50,075 bases of DNA from a virus (Duplodnaviria > Caudoviricetes), in the IMG/VR virus record IMGVR_UViG_3300006169_000021, positions 1-50,075 of that record; one strand, written 5' to 3'. Below the pieces are notes generated by a model. The model was not told the DNA's origin. It searched no databases and saw only the letters and a list, made by a program, of their open reading frames with translations. Positions 36,812 to 44,094 of this stretch are shown piece by piece. The stretch's first letter is position 1; every line of letters begins with the position of its first letter. Both the position numbers and the translations under genes were made by a program.

Positions 36812-37725
36812 GTCCGACCTTCTACACCGTCATCGGGAACCGCGACTACGTGAAGCTCAGCACCGGTAGGGCGTGCATTTCAGACCTGATCGAGCCACGA
36901 CCGCGGCACTGGCTTTCAAGTCTTGTCTATCTGCGCAAGGACGGACAACTGCCGGAAGGTCATCACATTCTTGACTGCGGTGCCTGGAGCTACAAAGCAG
37001 AGCCTTCACCGCGATACACGGCCGCCGAGTGCCTGGATGCTTACCTCCAGGTCGCCTCACCCGGCGACGTCCTAGTTGCTCCCGATCACATGGTGCTCAA
37101 AGGAATGACCGCCGATGAAGAGCAGCGCCGGATCTCCATCACGCTGGCAAACGCTGCTGAATTCATTAAGAGGTGTCCTGCCGATTTCCAGCCGATGGCT
37201 GCAACGCACGGGAGCACGATCGAAACCAGGCTCAAGATGGCGGAGCAATTCCTCGAGATGGGCTACTCCAGGATTGCGCTCGGTTCAGTTGCCATTCAAG
37301 CAAGCAACCGCAAGTACCTGAGCGCCTTGATCGAAGAGACGCTGAGGCTTCGCAAGCGGTCGGCGTTCCGCCTGCACGTCCTCGGAGTTTCCGCGCTTAG
37401 CTGGATCAAGCCCTATCAGGAGCTCGGCGTCGACAGCTACGACGGCTCCAGCATGTTCTTCGAAGCATTTACCGCGGCCAGCTACTACTGGCGAGAGCCT
37501 GACACCGCCGGGATCGTGAAGTACTCGGTTAAGGACGCCAGTGAGATCCCACTTTGCGAGTGCCTTGCGTGTCGAACGCTCCGGATCGATGGCCACGACA
37601 CGCGCAAGATGGGCAGCAACGAGAATAACATGGGCCGGGCCGTCCACAACATCAACGTCTATCTTGCTGCGCGCGTGGCGCTTCTCAAGAGTCCCACAAC
37701 TCGACTCCAGGAGGCTCTATGGTAA
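36808..37725 (+). CDS. TGT-family transglycosylase, DpdA-like
   Basis: LDCGAWSY, APDH, RIALGS, HVLG and VDSYDGSS, plus Zn site CECLAC...H(N). SD GGAGG before a TTG start. Confidence 0.8.
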   Translation: MSPTFYTVIGNRDYVKLSTGRACISDLIEPRPRHWLSSLVYLRKDGQLPEGHHILDCGAWSYKAEPSPRYTAAECLDAYLQVASPGDVLVAPDHMVLKGMTADEEQRRISITLANAAEFIKRCPADFQPMAATHGSTIETRLKMAEQFLEMGYSRIALGSVAIQASNRKYLSALIEETLRLRKRSAFRLHVLGVSALSWIKPYQELGVDSYDGSSMFFEAFTAASYYWREPDTAGIVKYSVKDASEIPLCECLACRTLRIDGHDTRKMGSNENNMGRAVHNINVYLAARVALLKSPTTRLQEALW

Positions 37726-38111
37726 TCGGCTTCGTTGCTTGCTGCGGAAGGAAGCTGAGTCACGCGGCACCGGCTCAGGATCTCTATCAGTCGGACCTCT
37801 TCAAGAAGAGCCGTGCCCACGTCGAGGCACGTTGCGACCGCTGGTACATCCTGTCGGCCAAGTGGGGCATCGTTGTGCCGTCCGCGGTGATCGAGCCCTA
37901 TGACGTGACCCTAAATCGCATGACTGTTTCCGAGCGGAAAGCGTGGACAAGGTCGGTGCGCGAGAAGCTCTTCCTGTTTCGATCGCATGATCTTCTAGTT
38001 CTCGCTGGCAAGCGATACCGTGAGCCGTTCGAGGGAATCCGGCACGAAGCGCCTTTGAAGGGTCTCGGGATCGGTCAGCAGCTCGCATGGCTCAAGGAGG
38101 TGACCGGTTGA
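37719..38111 (+). CDS. DUF6884 family protein
   Basis: FVACCGRK...PAQDLYQSDLF, WYILSAKWG, IEPYDVTL, LAGKRY and PLKGLGIGQQLAWL. Confidence 0.88.
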   Translation: MVIGFVACCGRKLSHAAPAQDLYQSDLFKKSRAHVEARCDRWYILSAKWGIVVPSAVIEPYDVTLNRMTVSERKAWTRSVREKLFLFRSHDLLVLAGKRYREPFEGIRHEAPLKGLGIGQQLAWLKEVTG

Positions 38112-38383
38112 TGACGCGCAAAGAGATCGCCACTTCATTGGAGCTCTTTGGCGGAACTGTATCGCATCCGCTAGACAACAGCAAGCACACCCGCTGGCAG
38201 ATGGACCGATGGCAAAAGAGGCCGGACGCGCCGGTGCTACGGGCGATGATGCGACTGGGATGGCTTACAGAGCCGGACGAGCACCGGGTTTCTCTGTTCC
38301 TGGGATGCGACGGGCTGTGCAGAAAGGACGCGGTTGACGCTCTCTGCGCAGAGATTGCTCGCGAGGAGGTCCGCACGAGCTGA
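38111..38383 (+). CDS. Hypothetical protein
   Basis: TGATG coupling on both sides. Confidence 0.6.
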   Translation: MTRKEIATSLELFGGTVSHPLDNSKHTRWQMDRWQKRPDAPVLRAMMRLGWLTEPDEHRVSLFLGCDGLCRKDAVDALCAEIAREEVRTS

Positions 38384-38727
38384 TGAGCGTGCCTCAGTAC
38401 GTTGTGATCCCGGCCATGCCGCTCCGCTCCTTCTGGGCTTCGCTCCCGGAAGAGGGAAGGGTCCCGTACGCGAGGCTCGAAGAACTGGCCCGAGACAAGA
38501 AGCTGCTCGGAGCATACAAACAGGGGCGTGTCTGGTGGATCAACCTGCTGGCGCACGCGCAAATGGGATTGGAATTAGAATCTGATGGAAATGCCGCGAA
38601 AACCAACGAAACCACCCCGAGCCAAGAAGGGGATGGGGTCGATCGTCAAGAAGGGAAGCCGGTACTACGGAAGGCTTCGAAGAGACGGGCAGGAGATATA
38701 CACGGAGGCGTTCGCCACCGAAGATGA
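38383..38727 (+). CDS. xis: Excisionase-like HTH protein
   Basis: LLGAYKQGRVWWI winged-helix motif. Directly upstream of, and overlapping, the integrase. Confidence 0.6.
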   Translation: MSVPQYVVIPAMPLRSFWASLPEEGRVPYARLEELARDKKLLGAYKQGRVWWINLLAHAQMGLELESDGNAAKTNETTPSQEGDGVDRQEGKPVLRKASKRRAGDIHGGVRHRR

Positions 38728-39820
38728 AGCACGCCAAGCCCTGGAGCGGCTTCGCGCCGGCCAACTAGATCCGAGGTTCCTCCCTTCGTTCGAGATGTAT
38801 TGGGAGTCCCTGATCGCGCCTGATGGTGCGTTCGAGTTCAGCAAGGACAAGGCGACTCTGAACCTTTACGACACGATGCTTGCTCTTCACGTCCGCGGCA
38901 GCGATCTCGGCAAGATGCGAATCGACCAGGTGCGACGCCACCACGTGCAGCGGCATATCGATCGATCGTACAAGCCGAAGTTCAAAGAGGCAAGCGTGCG
39001 CCGCCTGGGATCGTGCATCCACACGGTCTTTCAGGAAGCGGTCGACTCGGGCATGATTCACGCGACACTCGAGCACGGCGTCATCGTGCCAGCGAACCCG
39101 GCCGATGGCGTGAAGTATCGAAGGATCCCGGACACGCCGGTCTATGTCTTCTCAGACCAAGAGCTGATGGACCTGCCTGCCGAGCTCTACGAGTGGAGCC
39201 CACGTCTCTCGGCGATGGTCACGATCATGGCCGATACGGGCGCAAGGCCTGGCGAGGTTTGCGCGATGCACAAAGTCGACCTTCGGGATGGAGCCTGGCT
39301 CATCTGCCGGCAGATGGGGAGGGATGGAGAGGAGAAGCCCAAAACCAAGAACTCGCGCTCTCGCCGCGTGTGGCTGACGGAAGACGCCTTGGCCGCGATC
39401 GCAGCGCAAGGGCGCCGCACCGGCTACATATTCCTCACCGAGGAAGGGAAGCCGCTCACCCCGGATTATCTCGGCACGCAGCTCCGGCGTTTCAGAGCCG
39501 CGATGCAACGTCGGCTGATCCAGGAAGCCAAAGGCCAAGGGCTGGAGGAAGCTCCGATCATGCCCCCGCTCACACCGAGGAACCTCCGCAAGACGTTCGT
39601 CACGAGGGGAGTTGAGCTAGGCGACGTGAAGAGCGTTCAAGCGGCCGTGGGTCACAAGTCCGCACAGACCACCCTCGACGTCTATGCGAAGGCGAGACAG
39701 AACCCTCAGAAGGAGCTGATCGAGCGGATGCAAAGGCAGGTTTCGGGCCGATTTGGGAACATAGGGGGAGCAAATAGGGGGAGCGAGGAAGAGCACTCTT
39801 CCAAGCGCGAGGCTGGATAG
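38585..39820 (+). CDS. int: Tyrosine integrase
   Basis: Arm-binding N-terminus (KGMGSIVKKGSRYYGR), TGARPGE, KTK, RNLRKT, VGHKS and LDVYA. Confidence 0.95.
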   Translation: MEMPRKPTKPPRAKKGMGSIVKKGSRYYGRLRRDGQEIYTEAFATEDEARQALERLRAGQLDPRFLPSFEMYWESLIAPDGAFEFSKDKATLNLYDTMLALHVRGSDLGKMRIDQVRRHHVQRHIDRSYKPKFKEASVRRLGSCIHTVFQEAVDSGMIHATLEHGVIVPANPADGVKYRRIPDTPVYVFSDQELMDLPAELYEWSPRLSAMVTIMADTGARPGEVCAMHKVDLRDGAWLICRQMGRDGEEKPKTKNSRSRRVWLTEDALAAIAAQGRRTGYIFLTEEGKPLTPDYLGTQLRRFRAAMQRRLIQEAKGQGLEEAPIMPPLTPRNLRKTFVTRGVELGDVKSVQAAVGHKSAQTTLDVYAKARQNPQKELIERMQRQVSGRFGNIGGANRGSEEEHSSKREAG

Positions 39821-39991
39821 GGGGAGGTTCAAATGAACCTGGTCGGGGCGACACGATTCGAACGTGCGACCTCTTCCACCCCATGGACGAATGCCGCAGG
39901 TTCAGCAGATTGGCCGCTGTGCCCTGTCGAGCAGCCCTAGGAGGCCCTGTTTAGCCTTGATGAGGAACATAGGGGGAGCGGATCGGGGGAG
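39756..39991. repeat. Integrase arm-type direct repeats flanking the att core
   Basis: GGAACATAGGGGGAGC exact at 39756-39771 and 39964-39979. Further ATAGGGGGAGC-like copies at 39774, about 39817 and 39982. Confidence 0.75.
39840..39887 (-). other. attP core: 3' half of tRNA-Pro(GGG)
   Basis: Minus strand TCCATGGGGTGGAAGAGGTCGCACGTTCGAATCGTGTCGCCCCGACCA (anticodon loop, T-arm, CCA), 20 bp after int. Confidence 0.9.
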
Positions 39992-40009
39992 TGAGTGTGC
40001 GGGTAGAAC

Positions 40010-40675
40010 CTACTCGTCGCGGTACATAGCTCTGGCGGCTTTAAGCTTCGATTCCAGCCTGTCCCTTGCGGTGTCCATCTCGTCGTGATACATGGCGATG
40101 GCCTGGGAAATGGCGATCTGCCTAGCGGTTTGATGTGCTTGAGTCTTCTCTTCAATTGCTTGCTGGCGAGCACCCTCACTTGTGCCGATCCGCTTTCCGA
40201 TCACGAATCCTCCCGTTGAAAGCAGAGAGACGATCAATCCCCAACCCAAAAAGCAAAGGACGTTGTACCGCCTAAGCGTCATCTCGCTGTCAGCCCTCTG
40301 AGCGACCACTCTATAGAGCGCAAGGGCACAGACAATGATTAGGGCCAAGAAGATGCACTTGATGGCCGTGAAGAGAAGCTTCTCAAGTGAGAGCAGATCT
40401 CCTCGACCATTGTCTTGAAGGAAGACGTACGATACCGCGGCGATGAAGAGGATGACCGAGACTTCGCGGATCTTAATGTTGCCTTTCTCGTCAAGAAAGG
40501 CCTTGCTGGCCACTCCGGCCCAGCCAGGGTCCTCTCTGGACTCGATATTCCCGCCGGTGGTTGGAACACCAGCACCAAGGCCAGAGTCCTCTCGGATCGG
40601 CCCCGTCCCGTACGAGCCGATTTCAACGGATCCAACCCCACTCTTCCGGAGCTCTTTGAAAGACTTCTGGCCCAA
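40010..40675 (-). CDS. Moron: membrane protein (3 TM + C-terminal coiled coil)
   Basis: Three hydrophobic helices. Starts 5 nt after the upstream stop. Confidence 0.75.
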   Translation of the reverse strand: MGQKSFKELRKSGVGSVEIGSYGTGPIREDSGLGAGVPTTGGNIESREDPGWAGVASKAFLDEKGNIKIREVSVILFIAAVSYVFLQDNGRGDLLSLEKLLFTAIKCIFLALIIVCALALYRVVAQRADSEMTLRRYNVLCFLGWGLIVSLLSTGGFVIGKRIGTSEGARQQAIEEKTQAHQTARQIAISQAIAMYHDEMDTARDRLESKLKAARAMYRDE

Positions 40676-40680
40676 ATCTA

Positions 40681-41430
40681 TTACTTGCTGATTACTAGCG
40701 CTCCGATGGCGCGGGCTAAGCGATCAGCCTTCACTGCAAAGTTGCGAACATAGGCCTCGATCTGATGGTCAGCGCTATTTGCCCTTGGCTCTTTATGTAC
40801 GTCAACATCGACGTACATGCAGATGTCTGGAACCTTGAATTCGTCGGGCCTTTCGAAGTTCCGTACGATCTGCTCAGCACGCATCGGCCCGCATCGAACA
40901 CTAACGCTGGACTCCGAATCCTTGAACTCGTAGATGTAAGCCGTGTCCTCCAGCTGCGCTTCCACAGTCGCTTGCAGTCGAGACGATGGGCCGCCAAAGT
41001 CAGCTTCGATGAGCGTTCTGAGATCCTCGAACCGACCATCGAAGGGAAATGCCATCATGGCACGGGCACCAAGTCGACTCAAGGGGATACTGCTCCCATC
41101 CCGGAAAACCTTTAGCTGGGTCAACTTCCGAAAGAACTTCGTTGTTTCGTCAGCTACGGCTTCCGTTGATGTATCTTGTGCCGCGTAGCCTGCATTTGTG
41201 GTTGTGACAAAGCACTTGCGCCGGTTATCGGATGACAGCAACTCCAAGCCGTTATGACCAACCCTCGGATCATCAAGGCCCATCGAAAGCCTGAGTTCGT
41301 CCGCGATGCGACCGCGCGAATCGAGAATTCTCGGGTTTGTCCTATATCGGAATTCGACAATCGCATCCTTTAGTGCTGCGCTTGGCGGGTTGGACGATTT
41401 CGTCTTTTCAGCGAGTGTGGTCGTAATCAT
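40681..41430 (-). CDS. Moron: TIGR04255-like protein
   Basis: AALKDAIVEFRY, SRLGAR and YVDVDV motif pattern. TAGAAT 18 nt upstream. Confidence 0.6.
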   Translation of the reverse strand: MITTTLAEKTKSSNPPSAALKDAIVEFRYRTNPRILDSRGRIADELRLSMGLDDPRVGHNGLELLSSDNRRKCFVTTTNAGYAAQDTSTEAVADETTKFFRKLTQLKVFRDGSSIPLSRLGARAMMAFPFDGRFEDLRTLIEADFGGPSSRLQATVEAQLEDTAYIYEFKDSESSVSVRCGPMRAEQIVRNFERPDEFKVPDICMYVDVDVHKEPRANSADHQIEAYVRNFAVKADRLARAIGALVISK

Positions 41431-41520
41431 AACCGTTCTCTGTGGGCGATTCTAGCACTATTGACGTTCCATGCCTAGGGACTATTCCAGCGGCGTCACA
41501 CCTCTGGAAGGTTCTAGCCG

Positions 41521-41733
41521 TCAGAAGTGGTCCTTCATCTTGCGAGCGATCTCCACCCGCTCTTCAGTGATGAATCCCGGTTGAATCGGCTGCCCATCCA
41601 TTAAGTAGAGAACGCCTTCCAAGCATCTGGCGATCGCGACTTGCATCCATCGCTCGTCGACCTGTCCCTCGTCGAGCTTCATCTTCATCTTCAGCAGGTC
41701 TTGTGTAATTTCGTGGGTAGTGCGGTGTTTCAT
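41521..41733 (-). CDS. Small hypothetical protein (70 aa)
   Basis: TATACT upstream. Divergent from 41762. Confidence 0.55.
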   Translation of the reverse strand: MKHRTTHEITQDLLKMKMKLDEGQVDERWMQVAIARCLEGVLYLMDGQPIQPGFITEERVEIARKMKDHF

Positions 41734-41761
41734 AACTGTTGAAAGAGTATAGGATAGAGCC

Positions 41762-41992
41762 ATGTCGGAATACAAAGAAATCGGGGCGCGCCTCGATCTC
41801 ATCCAATTAACCAACAATCTTCTCAGGCACGCGGGGGAGCATCGGCACGAGCTGAGTGGCCTTATTGAGGCGCTTTGTCGTCATCGCGACATGCCGATTG
41901 ATACCTGCTTGTCTTCACCCAGGATTGCAGCCTTAGATGCTCTCGCACCCTCTGAGTTTGGAGCGTGGATGGAAGGGCGCAAGCAAGGCTAG
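41762..41992 (+). CDS. Small hypothetical protein (76 aa, leaderless)
   Basis: TAGGAT 6 nt before ATG. Confidence 0.55.
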   Translation: MSEYKEIGARLDLIQLTNNLLRHAGEHRHELSGLIEALCRHRDMPIDTCLSSPRIAALDALAPSEFGAWMEGRKQG

Positions 41993-42546
41993 GACCGTTT
42001 CCTCCACTCCCACGGAGCGACCGCGCCAGGCTCGCTCCACAGCCCCCGCTTCGCCTCCCTCGCCTTCTTCTCCCAAGCCTCAAGGTCCGCAGCCTTTGGC
42101 GCGTACTGCTTGTACCACCAGGCGTAGCCCTTGGCCACCATGTCGGTGTTCGCCTTGACCTTCGCCCCGTCACCGAAGGGATAGCTCACGAGGGCGACCA
42201 GGCGGCCGTAGCGATCGACGTCCTTGGTCTCGATGTCTACCTGCCGGCCATACACAAGATCTGAGAGGTGCTTCTTGGCGGCCTCGCTGAACGGCTGGCC
42301 TTTCTCCGGAGCGTCGATGCCCCAGAGCCTCACCTTGACGTTCTTCTTGCCCTCACCACCGGCCAGGACCGTGATTGTGTCCCCATCGGTCACGCCGACC
42401 ACCTTGGCCTTGAAGTTGTTGTAGGCAGCCGCCTGGTCAAAGCCACGCTCAGGAGCGTCGGGAATGGGAGCCGCGAAATAGCCAGCAGCGATGATGCCGA
42501 CAGCCGCTGCGGTGATGATCAGGGCTGTGAGGGTCTTGCGCATCAC
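41989..42546 (-). CDS. Exported thermonuclease (SNase family)
   Basis: Signal anchor, VTDGDTI, VRLWGIDAPE, DRYGRLVA, MVAKGYAWWY and AREAKRGLW. Confidence 0.95.
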   Translation of the reverse strand: MMRKTLTALIITAAAVGIIAAGYFAAPIPDAPERGFDQAAAYNNFKAKVVGVTDGDTITVLAGGEGKKNVKVRLWGIDAPEKGQPFSEAAKKHLSDLVYGRQVDIETKDVDRYGRLVALVSYPFGDGAKVKANTDMVAKGYAWWYKQYAPKAADLEAWEKKAREAKRGLWSEPGAVAPWEWRKRS

Positions 42547-42824
42547 ACCGGGTCGGAGACGATCTTAGCCAGAAGCTCCGCATCTAATTCACTGGCTCGC
42601 TCCGATTTCAGATGCTGCTTTACACCTTCGATGGCGGTCCGCAGCTCATCAAAGGTGCATGGCGTGGGCAGAGCCTTGAGAGCGGCCTTTACGGCTGATG
42701 CGTCTTCATCCTGTCGCTCGACGTCTACATCGAGCGAATACCGAATGGATCGACCAGGATGCTCATCTAACCAGGTCAAGATGTCGGTGTCCAAGCGTCT
42801 CCCTTCATGGAGTTTTATGCGCAT
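42543..42824 (-). CDS. Hypothetical protein co-transcribed with the nuclease (leaderless)
   Basis: TATAAT 6 nt before ATG. GTGA overlap with the nuclease gene. Confidence 0.7.
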   Translation of the reverse strand: MRIKLHEGRRLDTDILTWLDEHPGRSIRYSLDVDVERQDEDASAVKAALKALPTPCTFDELRTAIEGVKQHLKSERASELDAELLAKIVSDPV

Positions 42825-42951
42825 GGCTGCATTATAGGGTTTTCGTAATCGGTGGTTGACGAAATCTAATCCCGGCGCCTAATAGAAGTGAAAGGCGGCA
42901 GAAGCGCCTCGTCATGGTTCGCCGCTCGGTTGGTCCCGGGCGGCTCAAACT

Positions 42952-42978
42952 TTGAGACGGATTGAGACGGATTGAGAC
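42952..42978 (+). repeat. Tandem 10-bp repeat TTGAGACGGA x2.7 containing three operator half-sites
   Basis: TTGAGACGGA TTGAGACGGA TTGAGAC, ending immediately before ATG 42979. Confidence 0.85.
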
Positions 42979-43233
42979 ATGAGCAAGCAGCCTGACCACA
43001 GCCACGGCACCATCACCGAGAGAGGCATCACCGTAGTCGTCGATAAGGACACGTGGGTGCCGAGTTGCATCACGGGGAGAACGACGGCCGGTCGCATGAA
43101 GACCCTCCTCGACTGGGATACCAGCGTCCCGATCGACGCGCTCACCTTTGAAGCACTGGCCAGAGCCTACGGCTTCGCGGATCCGGAGGAGTTTGCGGGG
43201 GAATTGAGGCGACGCGGATTTGAAGTCAGGTAA
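42979..43233 (+). CDS. Hypothetical protein (84 aa)
   Basis: Upstream TTGACG promoter candidate at 42856 and a hairpin-rich leader. Confidence 0.6.
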   Translation: MSKQPDHSHGTITERGITVVVDKDTWVPSCITGRTTAGRMKTLLDWDTSVPIDALTFEALARAYGFADPEEFAGELRRRGFEVR

Positions 43234-43248
43234 GTCAGGTAACTGGGC

Positions 43249-43515
43249 TTACTCACCAACTCTCCCAAGATCCCCTTCCTGCTTTATCCGCCAGTAGAAC
43301 TCGTCTCGCACCCAGACAACGGTGCCCTCAGTTAACCTACGGAATTCGCGCAAAACCCTCCTATCTATCGCCTGGTTACCGAGTTCATTTTCGTAGATCA
43401 GATCGGGGCACCGTTTTTCTAACTCGATGACAACGTCAGACTGATGCAACTCGCCTTTTGCCGATAGTTCAACAAGCATCCAGTCTGCCGCGTCCTGAAC
43501 GTCCGAGGAGTTCAT
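43249..43515 (-). CDS. DUF6953-like protein
   Basis: AADWM..EL...L.Q..V, IYENELGNQAIDRRVLREFRRLT and VVW..EFYWR. Confidence 0.75.
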   Translation of the reverse strand: MNSSDVQDAADWMLVELSAKGELHQSDVVIELEKRCPDLIYENELGNQAIDRRVLREFRRLTEGTVVWVRDEFYWRIKQEGDLGRVGE

Positions 43516-43718
43516 TTGGCAATGTCGGCCGGAGGGGTGTCAGCCTGCAGGCTCTCCTCGGCAAAGAATCCACCCTCTAACTTCTTCCCAGCAAACCACT
43601 GACAGAAATATCCGTTGAGTACGTCCCACTTCTTAACTGTCATCGTAGGCCCTCCTGACTTCAGTGTCACCAAATCTCCAGCCTTGAATTTAAAGACTTT
43701 TTTCGCGTCTCTTGCCAT
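43512..43718 (-). CDS. YodC/DUF2158 family protein (leaderless)
   Basis: FKAGDLVTLKSGGPTMTV...CQWF...F.EESL. TAATAT 6 nt before ATG. Confidence 0.9.
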   Translation of the reverse strand: MARDAKKVFKFKAGDLVTLKSGGPTMTVKKWDVLNGYFCQWFAGKKLEGGFFAEESLQADTPPADIAK

Positions 43719-43766
43719 GTTCTAATATTAGCGCACTAGATCTGCCGACGACTCGAAGTTCAAACG

Positions 43767-43800
43767 AAAAAGACCCCTCGCTCCCGCGGGAGGGAGGAGG
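43767..43800 (-). terminator. Intrinsic terminator ending the late operon
   Basis: Minus-strand GC hairpin CCTCCCTCCCGCGGGAGCGAGG followed by GGTCTTTTT. Confidence 0.65.
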
Positions 43801-43849
43801 GGCAGGTTCTAGAAAACACGCTTTCGCGTGCGTCAAAAGGTTAGCACGA

Positions 43850-44083
43850 TCAGCGCGGAACGATCTTCCCGGCCTCGTCGACAAGGACCAGTTCGTCGTT
43901 CACGGGATCCGGCTTCGTGGCATCCCGAATGGCGAAGCAGCGGTAGGACTTACCAGCGATCACCACCGGCTGGTACTCACCGGCCAGCGAATAGCGAAGC
44001 GGCGGCCCAGGGTTCGGGAACTGACTGATCGAGAGGCAGGCGAGAGCCAGCCCTATGGCGAGAAGGGAGAGTGTCTTGAGCAA
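43850..44083 (-). CDS. Small exported protein at the end of the late operon
   Basis: Signal-like N-terminus, SD AGGAGG. Confidence 0.6.
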   Translation of the reverse strand: MLKTLSLLAIGLALACLSISQFPNPGPPLRYSLAGEYQPVVIAGKSYRCFAIRDATKPDPVNDELVLVDEAGKIVPR

Positions 44084-44094
44084 TTTGCGTCCTC

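Noticed and set aside
39840-39887. Functional tRNA-Pro gene
   Set aside because: The 5' half (acceptor 5' strand and D-arm) is missing. It is the attP core.
42952-42978. CRISPR mini-array
   Set aside because: The 10-bp units have no spacers and there are no cas genes. Kept as a tandem operator-like repeat.
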